Source: Azolla caroliniana (taxonomy: Eukaryota > Plantae > Polypodiophyta). From it: 64,000 bases of DNA. Of this stretch, positions 23,101 through 35,640 are shown one piece after another. A program made the translations under genes and the position numbers. The number at the start of each line of letters is the position of its first letter. Position 1 is the first letter of the stretch. The stretch spans positions 6,014,001 to 6,078,000 of the forward strand of contig JBHGNT010000015.1 in assembly GCA_043228905.1 (NCBI GenBank), given 5' to 3'. The notes beneath the pieces are model-generated. The model had not been told where the DNA came from, made no database searches, and saw nothing but the letters and a program-made list of their open reading frames with translations.

Positions 23101-26100
23101 TGTTAAAGATTGCTTGCGAAAGCATTAGAAAGAACAATACACAAAGAGAGAGAGAGAGAGAGAGTACGCGGGAGAGACAAAGAGAGAGAGAGAGAGAGAG
23201 CAGGACACACTATTTTCAAAATTATATGAATACTCTGTGCTCAGTGTATCTACAACGCGCTCATCAGCGCTATTTATACAAGTCCACATGGGACTGTTAG
23301 AAGTACGGTGTACTTCAATGCTCACACGAGCATCTGACACTAACTATGAGACTATAACTGCCTAGTAGTCTAACCTATGTTAGGCTCCCGGTTATGGATT
23401 GGATCCGGCATACCGGCTCCCCAGCTCACTGGTCCTTACTGCTTACCGGCCCGGTTTCTCACTAGCATACCGATTCATCTCGCTTACCGGCTCAGGCTTA
23501 TTCAGCCGATCCGGCTCCGGTTGAGCTTGCCGCTCAACACTCCCCCTCAAGCTCAACCTGAGGTAGGGTCGTAGTGTCAACCTCTGTGACAGCCGGTTCT
23601 TCCAACCGACTTCTCCTGGCGTCGCTTTGCCTTGCTCGCGCTCCTTGTCCGGTCCGGTCCGGTTTGCCGCGACCCCTTTGGTTCTACGTGCCTCAACCTT
23701 CGGCATGTCTGCTCAATAGGCCCATCTCAGCTCCTTCGCTGCTATGACTCCGGCGCTTGCCGATCCATCGGTTCCTCCGCAATGGCATCGACTTCCGCTG
23801 CGTCCGTGTCTCCTTGGCCTCTCGTTGATCCGACTCATCCAGATCCATCTGTTGATCCGAATCGGTTGTCTCCGACTCGTTCCAGCTTTTGTCTGAATCG
23901 GTTGTCTCCGACTCGTTCCAGCTTTTGTCTGAATCGGTATCCTCCGATTCGATTTTCGGCTTCAGGCCTCTCACCACATCAGACCACGTTCGGGTCTTGG
24001 CCTTTTCCGTGCTTCCCTTGGCTTCTTCAGCCGGTTCACCGAAGTCGAATTCTTCATTCGACTCCTCATCATGGCCATTACGATCGTGATGACCTCTGCA
24101 TAGCATGCACTTCTCTTCCTGAGTGCACACTTCTTCTTCACAGCCGCTCACTCCGACCTGTTCGGATGTGCCGACTTCCTTCGTCGACTCAGCTTCATTT
24201 TTCTTCTTGTCTCCACCTCTACCAATTCTTTTCATACCTACGGGTTCAACAGTTTTTTTGCCTTTGCCCGTTTCGGTAGTGTCTTTGCCCTTGCATCTCC
24301 CCCTCAAGTGCGGCACGTCGAGATGCTGAACACCAAGCATTTCAGTAAAGTGCTGCAACTTGTCCGACCTGAGTGGCTCGGTGAAGATGTTGGCAACTTG
24401 CCGATCCGTGTGAACATACCGTAGTTCAACTTCACCGCTCAGGACCCGCTCACACACGAAGTGATAATGCACTTCTATGTGCTTTGTGCGAGCATGGAAC
24501 ACAGGGTTTTTGGCGAGCTGCATGCTTTTGAGGTTATCGCAGTAGATCAGGATCGGGGTTGGTACCTCGATCCGCAGGTCTTGCAGTAGTCGCCGAAGCC
24601 AAATGGCTTTGTAGGTGGCAACGGTTGTGCCCCGGTATTCAGCCACTGTTGGATAGAGCCACTGTTGGCTGCTTTTTGCTGCTCCATGCAACAACCGCAC
24701 TCCCAAGAGAAAACATAAAGCCGGTAGTTGAGCGACGATCCGTTGCATCGCCAGCCCAAATGGCATCCATGTAGCCGACAAGCTCTTCGGTTATACCTTG
24801 CCGGTATAAGAGCCCCAGGTCCTTAGTGCCGCTTACATACCTCAGTATTCGTTGCGCGCACTAAAGGTGCTCCACGGTCGGCTTTTGCATGAATTGGCTT
24901 ACCACTCCGACTGGATAGCTAATGTCGGGTCGGGTGATGGTCAAGTAGATCAGGCTTCCGACTATTTGTCGAAACCTTTTCTCATCGCAGGCTGGTCCGG
25001 AGTTGGGATGGATCTTCTGATTCCGGTCCAAGGGTGTGGAGATAGGTCGGCATTCCGTCATGCCGAACTTGTACAGTATATTCAACACATAATGGCGTTG
25101 AGAAAGCAATGTGCCGTCGGGGGTGCGGATCACCTCGATCCCCAAAAAATAATGAAGGTCCCCCAAGTCCTTCATATCGAATGCGTCTGACAACTAGGAC
25201 TTGACGCGGTTGATTTCCGGAAGACCTGGGTTGGTGATGACTAAATCATCAACATAGAGTAAGATACATACCGAACCGTTTGAGCCTTGACGGATGAACA
25301 GGGAAGAGTCTGACTTAGAGGCAGCAAACCCCATCTTTCGCAACCGGTGCGTGATCTTAGCATTCCAAGCACGGGGGGCTTGCTTCAAGCTGTACCGCCG
25401 ACTTGTTCACCTCCGACTGAAATACGGGGGTTGAGTCATAAAGACTTCTTCTTCAAGATCTCCTTGAAGGAAGGCATTCTTCACATCCATCTGATGAAGA
25501 TGGCACCCCCTTGCCGCAACAACCGCCAGTACCACACGAACCGTCGTCATCTTCGCTACAAGAGCGAAGGTCTCGTCGTAGTCAATTCCGTGGGTCTGCG
25601 CATATCCCTTCGCCACTAACCAGGCCTTGTACCAGTTCACTGTACCATCGGCATTGTACTTTACCTTGTACACCCACTTGCATCTGATCGGTTTATAGTG
25701 ATGGGGAGGGTCAAGTAGGTCCCAAGTTCCGTTGGCATCCAGTGCCCGCATTTCTTCCTCCATAGCGGCACGCCAATTTGCGTCCTTTGCCGCTTCTGCG
25801 TAGCTCTCCGGCTCACGCACTTCCGCGGCCTTGGTCATGTACGCATAATGATGCGTCATGTACTCGTTATACCAGTACCGTTTAACGGGATCCTTCTGGC
25901 GGGTGAACCGACGTAACTCACCGTTACCCGGTATGAGACCCTTCTTGGCCGGTTCGGTCTTCGTTCCCGAAGATCTACCTATGTCCTTGCCGAAGTCAGA
26001 TACGCACCGATCCGACTCATCATTGCCGGTCTCAAATTTCGGCATCTTCTACTTCCCTTTCTCTTTGTGTGTGAACCGTCTCCTCGGTTCCTTGCGCGGG

Positions 26101-28754
26101 GAGAGCACGAAAGAGTCTCCACTACTCGTTGTCTCATCATCCGACTGGTTGGACTGATTTAGTCTCTCATTCAGTCCGCTTAACTGGAATGATTCTGGAC
26201 TCTCATCTTGAGTCCCGGCTTCATCTTTCTCTACCTGGGCCGGTTCAGGGTCACTAGCCCCATCCTTCGACATCGGGTCGGGATCGGGTCGGGATCGGGT
26301 CGGGATCGGAAGTCGGAGTTGGTAAGGAATACCACGATGTCGATTCATCAAACTCGACATCTCGGCTGACTCAGACCTGCTTCATCCAGGGGTTATAACA
26401 CTTATACCCCTTTTGCTCTTGCGCATAGCCGACTAGGATGCATTTTTTCCGATTTTGCATCTAGCTTTCTCCGCTTCTCATCCAACACATGTACATAGGC
26501 TATGCTGCCGAATATCCGGAGGTGTCTCAAATTCGGCTTGCGCCCGAAATACAGCTCGTGAGCTGACACCTTGTCCCCGATCCGGTTCTGGATGTAAACG
26601 GCCGTTTGGACCGCCTCCGCCCAGTAGAACTTGGGCATGCTCTTTTCCTCCAGCATTTCCCTAGCCGCGTCAATCCGCGACCAATTCTTTCTTTCGGCCA
26701 CACCCTTCTGTTGCGGTGTGTATCTGCAGCTGAATTCTCGCCAAATTCCTTTTCGTTGCAGATAGCTGTTGAATTGGCCGGAAAAGTACTCTTTTCCGCC
26801 ATCCGACCGTAGGCATTTGATCTTCCTCTCTGATTCCCGTTCCACCATCTTCTAGAGGCTCCGGAAACACTGGAAGACTTCGCTCTTCCGCTCAATGAGG
26901 TAGATCCACGTATGCCGCGTGTAGTCGTCGATGAAGGAGACGAAATATCGACTCCTGCCAATGCTAACATTTTGTGTCGGTTCCCACACATCCGAATGGA
27001 TAAGATCGAGCTTGTTACGGCTTCGATTTCTTTCGGTGGGATATGGAAGCCGGTGTTGCTTCCCGAGTTGGCAGGCTTCACAAATCTGGGCTCTCCGGTC
27101 GCTAAACTTCGGCAAACCGAAAACGACTTGTTCCGTTTGCAGGTCTTGATGCCTCCAATAGTTGACGTGGCGGATCCGCTTGTGCCATAGGTCGATATCC
27201 GACTCGACCTTTTGTCTTTTGGCGAACAGTGCGGTGCTGACGTCATTGGTGTTGAGGATAAACATCCTCCCATCTTTGCGCCCTTGCGCAATAACTTCGC
27301 CCTCATCCTCAATGAAGCACTCGAGGTGCGTAAACCGCACCTGCATCCCCTGGTCGACGATCTGTCCGACTGACACCAGGTTCTTCTTGATCGTCGGAAC
27401 ATGTAATACATTCATCAGCTTCCCCCTCTGTTCGATGTGGCTCAAAGGGACTTCCCCAACGTGCACGATCGGGTGGGGAGTGTTGTCTCCGGTTTCGACA
27501 ACTCCCGGTTGATCCAGCTTCTCCAAAAAGGAGAACCACTCCTCGTGGCTCGTCATGTGGTTCGATGCGCTGGAGTCAACATACCACACTTCCTCCGATT
27601 TGGAAGTGGTCTTCTTCATTAAGTTTTCCTTGTGCTTCATCACCAAGGCTGGCCCCTTACCGTTCTTGGATCCTCCCGATCCGTTTGCGTAGTGCGAGCT
27701 TTGCCGGCCTTCCTTACCGGTCTTGCCAGATCCGGATTTGTCCGAATCGGCACGCTTTCTCCAGCACTCGCTTTCCCTGTGGCCCTTTTTGCCACAGTAC
27801 CAGCATTCCGTAGCGGATTTGTCTTGCTGGCCTCCGGCACCACCTTGACTCCCTCTGCTTGTGGAAGTCCTAGAACTGCTATCGGCATGCTCACTGTGCC
27901 TTCGTTCCTGCTCTTGCCGGCTGCCTCCATTGCGTGCCGACCTGCCTCTTCCACCACGCCCGCAGGACCGATCCGCTCTTGTGTACAACATCCAACTGTC
28001 TGGGGATGCACTGGTAGATGCAACAGCATGGTTCTCCTCTACAAGGGGCATCGACTGTAAGTCGAAAAATGAGGGCGTATTCTCCCTTGTACAAACCGCA
28101 GTCCGGAGAGCTCCGAACTTGGACGCCAGGCCTCCAAGACAGACCTGCACCATCTCGTCTTCCTCTACGGTGACGTTAATAGAGGCAAGCGAGTCACAGA
28201 TCCCTTTGATCCGGGCTATGTAATCTGCCACCAACATGTTCTTCTGTCGAACATTGCTCAACTCCTGTCTGAATTGCAGCTTCCGGGCAGTGGTGCTTGC
28301 GGCGAAGACCTTTTTCAAGTTTCCCCAAGCATCCTTCAGTGTCTTGGCGTCACGGATATGGCTGAGCAGCTGGTCACCGACACTGGACGCGAAGCAGTAC
28401 ATCACCCTGCTTGTCGCCTGTTCCCACACTGGGAAGTCCTTGTGTGTCGTCTCCGGTGTTGAGTCGTTCACTCCGTCGACATAACTCCAGTAGCCATGCC
28501 CAAGCAGGTACTGGTGCATCTTGTATGACCAAGATGCGTAGTTGGTTCTGTCGAGCTTCTCCACCGAGAGCGACGTAGCCATACCTCTGTCCATTTCTCC
28601 TTTTGTGTCTGTTTTCCGATCTGTTAGGGTTTCCTTCACAAGCGTAGATGTCTACAGCAGAGGTTCTCAACCCACGCGCTCTGATACCATGTTAAAGATT
28701 GCTTGCGGAAGTGTTAGAAAGAACAATGCACAAAGAGAGAGAGAGAGAGTTCGC

Positions 28755-28794
<40 letters not shown>

Positions 28795-29108
28795 AGGACA
28801 TACTATTTTCAAAATTATATGAATACTCTGTGCTTTGTGTATCTACAACGCGTTCATCAGCGCTATTTATACAAGTCCACACGGGACTGTTCGAAGTACG
28901 GTGTACTTCAATGCTCACACGAGCATCTGACACTAACTATGAGACTATAACTACCTAGTAGTCTAACCTATACTAGGCTTCCGATTACGGATTGGATTCG
29001 GCATACCGGCTTCCCAACTCACCGGTCCTTACTGCTTACCGGCTCGGTTGCTCACCGACATACCGATTCATCTCACTTACCGGCTCCGGTTGAGCTTGCC
29101 GCTCAACA
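23101..29108 (-). mobile_element. Ty1/copia element C, degenerate
   Basis: LTRs 23101-23539 and 28690-29108; TSD CCCTG/CCCCG; PBS 28678-28689; PPT 23540-23550. Confidence 0.95.
23693..28639 (-). pseudogene. copia C gag-pol, with RNase H frame extending into a charged tail
   Basis: CWYCGKKGHRESEC, YVDSSASNHM, LLYVDDLVI, ARTKHIEVHYHF. Confidence 0.92.
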
Positions 29109-29113
29109 CCCCG

Positions 29114-30176
29114 TGTGATGGTCATGGCATACTATACACCTTACATTTTCTCTTTGGGTGTATGCTTGGGGTCTTTCTATATGGGGTGGTCTTGGTGGCG
29201 TGGGTAGAGTGGGGTCCGAGGGTTTCTCACGGTTGTTCATAGGCGCTTGAGTGGGTATTCATAACCTGCTCATTGAATCTTCAAAGGTCATCACTATTGT
29301 GCAAACTTCAGTGAACGACCGACACATCCTGGCAATTAGGAAATTTTGGAGCATCGGATCGAACAACCCATTGATGAAAGGACTCATCAATTTTTCATCC
29401 GACATCTTGTCACTTAGGCTACAACGATGGTGCAGGCTTTTCGTGCGGCGTATGTAGTACCTGACCGTCTCATTCGCTTCTTGCTTGAGGGCGAAATTTT
29501 GGTCGATTGGGTTCCATTTATTCCCTCGACGAGCGAAGTTTATCAAGAAATCTTCGATGACGTACTCGAAGTCCTTGACGATGTCCTCATTCAAGGTTCT
29601 AAACCAAAGTCCGGCTTGGTCATCGAGCATAAGCCCAAATGCGGCTACTTTGGTGGTCTCTGTGAGGGGTTCATAAGCGCGACAAATCTATTTGAACCTC
29701 TTGACATGATCATAGGCATTACCGAAACCGAGAAAACAGGGTACTAGTTTAGAAATAGAAACACTCTTCCCGCTGTCGTTTGTAGGTTTTCTCGGATGGT
29801 CCGTGGGTGCTCACTCTTTTTCCATCAATGCCACGAGGGTTTGGATGGATTGTAACGCTAGTGTGAATTCGGCGTTTGGGGGTGTCGGGGCAGTTTGGTC
29901 GGGTGTAGGGGCCGTGTCCATACGTGGTGGTGTCGGGTGTCATTACGTGTGGGCTTCGTTTGGATTGTCGCCCATTGTGCTCGAATGCGACACGGGACTA
30001 CACTCACGGCCTCGACGGTGCGTGTGCAACGATGTTTCGAGGTGAAGTTTTTGTTGCACTCGTGCGAATCTGTCTTTCCTACCTTCCAAAGTAGCTTCGA
30101 TATCTCGGGTGATGCTTTCCGGTTGTCCTCCTTTCACGAGTTGTACCGTCCATATATTGATTTCTTGTTCTATCAC
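29114..30176 (-). pseudogene. Athila-like gag N-terminal (retrotransposon gag/capsid) region
   Basis: LWFRTL...FLINF...LKQEANETVRYYIRR pattern; position between 5' UTR and knuckles. Confidence 0.75.
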
Positions 30177-30464
30177 CCATAACTCCTATGCGGCATCCTG
30201 TACGTGTCGCTCTACGCTAAGCGGGTCTGCCATAGGGCTCTCCTGTAGTGGGGGCATGTTGAGAGGTGCTTTAGTTGCTAGGCTCGATGGGAGGTTCATG
30301 TTTGGTAGCGTCCCCGGAGTTAACCACCCCCCCTGGTATCAAGTTGGGTTAGATGGGTCAACACCGTGCGTTTGGTTGGTTTTGGTGGATTCCTCCTGGC
30401 GTGTGGGTTGGGTTTTGAACATCATTGTCCATGAGGATCCGGCCATGTTCTCTTTTCAAGCTTT

Positions 30465-30900
30465 GTGGGTTCGTCGAAAGATGATCTTTCATCGAACTTT
30501 GTGGGTTTGGCAAAATTTGAACTTTTGTCGAACTTTGTGGGTTTGGCAAACTTTGACCGTAAATCGTCGAAAGATGTGGGTTCGTCGAACTTTGATCTTT
30601 TGTCAAAACATGTGGGTTCGTCGAAGGATGTGGGTTCGTCGAAAGATGTCAATTCGTCAAACTTTGATCTTTCATTGAAGGATGTGGCTTCGTCGAACTT
30701 TGCTCTTTCGTCGAAGGATGTGGGTTCGTTGAAAGATGTGGGTTCGTCGAACTTTGATATTTCGTCGAAGGATGTGGGTTCGTCGAACTTTGATATTTCG
30801 TCGAAGAATGTGGGTTCGTCAAACTTTGATCTTTCATCGAACAATGTGGGTTCTTCGAAGGATGTGGGTTCGACGAACTCTGATCTTTCAACGAACTTTG
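30465..30900. repeat. Minisatellite of 18/36-bp units in the gypsy 5' region
   Basis: Repeated gatgtgggttcgtcgaa and ctttgatctttcgtcgaa units. Confidence 0.9.
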
Positions 30901-31555
30901 AGTGGGAAATTTGAATTTGTTGGTGCCAACGACCATTTCGTGTATCGTAGGATGATCGTAATCAACGAGAATCACAGTGATTATTCTTGCCCTGCGATGG
31001 CTAAATCTCAACAATGCTTAGCGTTAACCGGACGAATAGCTTGCTAATGTCCAGGAGATTAAGGGTAAATTAAAACTAAAAAAAAACAGAAAATTAACTT
31101 AATTAAAATGTGAAATAGTGAGCATAAAACAGAAAATAGTGGTTTCCTTTCGATTTCTTCCCTCATTAAGTGGGTTGCCTACGAGTGTTTGACCAATCGA
31201 AATCGGCTTCAAGCATCCGTCGTTGTTGTTGGGGTGGGGGGTGAAACATAGACTGTCTTCACCCCCCTCCCAAGGGGGTTACGATAGGGAGAGAGCTAGA
31301 GAGAAAGACAAATTGAAAATGACACAAAATGAGAGGGGAAAAATGTATATCCCATTACATGCCCCATTAGGGGTTTATATAGTACATAATGTAACGGTTA
31401 ATAATATGACCATTACATTCTTGTCACATGCACATAATTGTGCATGTGCTCACACATACTCATTTACTTTACACATACACATCATTACACATACCCTTAT
31501 TCCCCCCGATATATTCTTACGGGTAACAGTCGTGTCCCCGGTAGTGGCGCCAAAT

Positions 31556-32141
31556 AGATGTGTAGGATCTATGTATCGATGGAGTTAACTCCTCGATGTC
31601 ATTTGTGGAGTTCGGACCGGCGTATACCCTTTTGATGGAGAATCAGGCGGAGATGGTTATCGGACACCTTCGAGCCTCACACTCACTTAACGATTAATAG
31701 GTGATTAAACACGATATCTCTCTCACTCTCTCAAGCTCGCTCTCATAGACAATAGGGTAATGAATATAGACAATAAGAGTAATGAATGTGTTTATTAACC
31801 CTCTTTGCTAAGAGGTCTAGCACCAACAAAGGAAGAGAGATTAGTGTTCTCTAACTAAACACTTCACTAATCTCTCTTAAACTTAAAGGTTACAAGAAGG
31901 AGGACAGGAAGCTCTAGGTCTTAATCAATAGGGAGATCTTTACAAATGGAAGAACCCTTACAAAGCCACCACCATGTGGTTTATATAGCATTTACATTTA
32001 GGGTATGGACCTTTCACATTTGGATGTCTCTTAGCCCTCTTTCCTCTTGTCATTCCCTCTTCGTAAGTCCTTTAGCCATACTATGTCCTTGTTGATGCGC
32101 TCTTCTTCATTACCGGTAGTGGTGCGCTCAAGCACTTAACA
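31556..32141 (-). repeat. 5' LTR of the Athila-like element (left boundary uncertain by about 5 bp)
   Basis: Adjacent to PBS; right part matches window 1-132. Confidence 0.85.
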
Positions 32142-35100
32142 TGTGCTTAGGAGTACTCTAGACATTTCTAGAATTTTCCAAAGAAATCTAGAATATACAT
32201 GGATTTCCTAAGTAAAAAAATAAATGAAAACAATAATTTTTGTATTACAATGTATAGCTTAATGGTAATGCTTCAACCCATGTGACACAAGGTCATGTGT
32301 TCGAATCCTTTTGAAGCCATACCATGCTTTACCATGACACTACCTCCCCCCCCCCCCCCCCTTCTTAAGACAACGAGTGTTACGAGTCATCTTAGATGGA
32401 GGACCTGGTTTGTCGGGATATTTTCGATGGAAGTTCTCAATAAGAGCTCAAACATTTACCACATTCTCGACTAGCTCCCAAGTACGCTCGCTTGGACTAT
32501 AGCCTAGCCAATCGACTAAATAGTAGAGCTTGTTGCGAACAATCTTGGAATCGAGGATGGCAGCAACTTCGTACTCCACTCCGACATCAAGCTCGATCGG
32601 GGTGGAGGTGACCTGTAATACGATTTGGGATAGTGTTGCCTCGATAGGGTTCGAGAAGAGAACTATGAAAAACCGGATGTATCCGTAGTTGCGGGGGTAG
32701 ATCAAGAAGAAAAGTGACATCATTAATTTTTCCGATAATACGGAAAGGACCTAATCATCGATAATCCAATTTATCGCATGGTCGAGTAGTCTTCATATGT
32801 CATCGTAATAGCCATACCCGATTTCCAATGTCAAAACAGGATGGAAGCCGATGACGATCTGCATAAGCCTTCTGTGTTTGTTGAGCTTGATTTAAATGGG
32901 TAGATAGATCTGCTTGTATCTTGCGTAGCCGCTCCAAATGATCCTTTGCATGAGGATTTGTGGGTAACTCCGGAGTTTCGAGCACACACCATCGAGGATG
33001 ATAGCCTGTATAAGCATAAAATGGTGTTTAACCCTAGTCGATGAGTGGATAGAGTTATTGTAAGCAAATTCGCCAAACTGGAGAATATCCGCCCAATCAT
33101 CTTGTTGATAGCTTAGAAAACACCGAAGATATTGTTCCAACGTTTGATTTGTTTGTTTTGTTGTCCGTCTCTTTGAGGGTGATAGCCGGAGGAGAGGTTA
33201 CAAGTGACCTTAAGCATTTTGAAGAGATGTTTCCAAAATTTCGAGACAAATTGAGGTCCACAGTTGTTGATGATACTATCCGGGAGGCCATGATGCCGAA
33301 ATACCTCATGCATGACAACTTCGGCAGTTTCTTCACTAGTGATTGCCTTAGTAGAAGGCAGGAAATGTGCCATCTTATTATATCAATCTACTATTGTTAA
33401 GATCAATCAAATCCCTTTGAAACTGGAAGATTTGTGATAAAATCTAGAGAAATGGACTGCCACGGCTTGCTTGGAATTGGTAATGGTTCCAATAAACCAT
33501 ATGGATGATGTCTTGGCATCTTTGCTCTGCAACATGTATCACATGTCCAAACATAGTCTTCGATAAATTGTCGTATATGCAGCCACCAAAATGATCGTTG
33601 TACTAAATTCAACGTTTTAGTACTACCAAAATGTCTAGTTGTATATGTGTCATGAAAATTTTGGACTGCGTGAAGGCGACAAGAACCATTGGGAACATAC
33701 AAGAGTTTCTTAAAGAATAGTAATCCATCATGACATTTGAATTGTTGATAGTCCGTACCTAGTTGTTGTGACTTTGAACAGGTTGCCCGCGAGGAATCAA
33801 TTTGTGCTAAAATGGCTTGAGCAAAAGCGTCTATCTTCAAGTCTTCACGTATGGTCTTGATAATACGGGAATCCAATGGAGTGTCACAAACCCATGTTTC
33901 TTGTAGTCGTGTTGATCCCAAGATGACTTGCTTTTGATTATCGAATGCTGGATCACCGGGACGAGGTGCTAGATACGAGCGCCACGATAATGCATCTGCC
34001 TTCCATTGCTGCTTCCCAGGACGATATGTAATTTTGAAATCAAAGCGAGTGAGGAATTAGGCCCACCGAGCTTGTCATCGATTTAATACACGAGCACTCT
34101 GGAAATAGGCAAGGTTTTTGTGATCATTGAATACGGTGATTTGATGAGAAGATCCCTCTAAAAAATGCCTCCATTGTGCAAAAGAGTCCACTATTGCTAA
34201 TAGCTCCTTGTCATGTATCTCATAGTTAATTTCGGCGGCGTCAAACTTGCGTGAGTGGAAAGCCACAGGATGTAGTTTTTCATCATCGCCTTGTTGTGAC
34301 AGAATGCTACCAAGGGCAAAATCCGATGCGTCTGCCTCCATGATGAACGGTTTTTTCGGATCAACATGAGCTAGAATAGGAGATGATGTAAATGCTTTCT
34401 TAAGACTTACAAAAGCCGCATCCGCTTCCTTAGACCAAACAAATGACTGCCCCTTTTGGTAAGTTGTGTGAGAGGCAAAATAAGCTTTGAGTAGTCCTGT
34501 ATAAACTTGTGGTAGAAATTTTTGAATCCTAAAAAACATTGCACATCTCACAACGAACAAGGAGTCTGCCACTCTACCACCATTTTGACCTTAGCTGGAT
34601 CTATGGAGATGCCTTCCGAGGAGATGACATAGCCTAGAAATTCCACCTAATTGCAGTCAAAACTACATTTTTCCAGTTTTGCATAAAGACCATGTTCTCG
34701 AAGATGTTTTAATACTAATAGTACATGAGAATCATGCTCTTCTTGAGTCTTTGAATAAACTAGTAGATCATCCAAATAGACGATCAAACAAATATCCAAG
34801 AGATCTCGGAATATATCATTTGCCATGTGTTGGAAGACTGTTGGCGCATTGGTGAGACCAAATGGCATAACTGTATACTCGAAAATTGCCCATATCGAGT
34901 GCAAAAAGTGGTCTTCTATTCATCTCCTGGTCGGATCCGTACGAGGTTATATGTGCCTTGTAAGTCGATCTTTGTGAAGAATTTTGCACCATTAACCCGT
35001 TCTAAAATACTCGAGATAAGGGGAAGTGCATACCTATTCCTGATGGTGACCTTATTTAAGACACGGTCATCTACGATGAGATGAAGTGATCCATCCTTTT

Positions 35101-35640
35101 TCTTGACAAAGAAAATGGGTGCGCGGGCTGGACATTTCGAATGTCGAATGAACCCGTTCGCCAAATTCTCCTCTATGTAGGCTCGAAGGACTTCTAGCTC
35201 GGTTGGTGACAAGTTGTAGATCGGTCCCCATGGTGGCTCTTTTCCCGGTTGTAAATCAATGGGATAATCATACAATCGATGGTGAGGAAGAGTATTGGCT
35301 TGTACCTTATCAAACACATCAGCATAATGACGGTACTTCTCTGGAAATTGAACTATGGATTCCTCTTTAGTGGTCCTGGAAGGTCTTATTGATACTGCGA
35401 ATACAAAAATTAATTCCTTACCTCCTTCTTCGCGTAGTTGATGTAGCGAAATGGTTGAAACCTTACGAGCAGCTTCTCGAGGTTGTGGATACCGTGTTCT
35501 CTAATCTATGTATGGATTGTGTAACTCGAACCATGGTAACCCCAAAACAATGGGATGTTTTGAACTACTAATTATATTGAATGATAGTACACATGTCAAA
35601 TTATCTAGGACAACACTGATTGGCTCTGACTCTTCTACGA
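32142..35640 (-). mobile_element. Tcn1-like chromovirus (Ty3/gypsy), 5'-truncated: PR end, RT, RH, INT, chromodomain, PPT, partial 3' LTR (32142-32339)
   Basis: EYEVAAILDSKIVRNKLYYLVDWLGYSPSERTWE chromodomain; YLDDLLVYS; EADASDFALG; ISLDFIT; poly-purine tract 32340-32362 next to TGTCA on -. Confidence 0.9.

Larger units (their letters stand above)
1..32141 (-). mobile_element. Athila-like (non-chromovirus) Ty3/gypsy LTR retrotransposon, degenerate, interrupted by 4 nested insertions; 3' LTR extends left of the window
   Basis: 1-132 matches 32011-32141 (both end ...cttaaca); PPT at 133-144; tRNA-Asp-like PBS (TGGCGCCactaccgggga on -) at 31534-31552; gag, PR, RT, RH, INT fragments in gypsy order on -. 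Confidence 0.9.
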
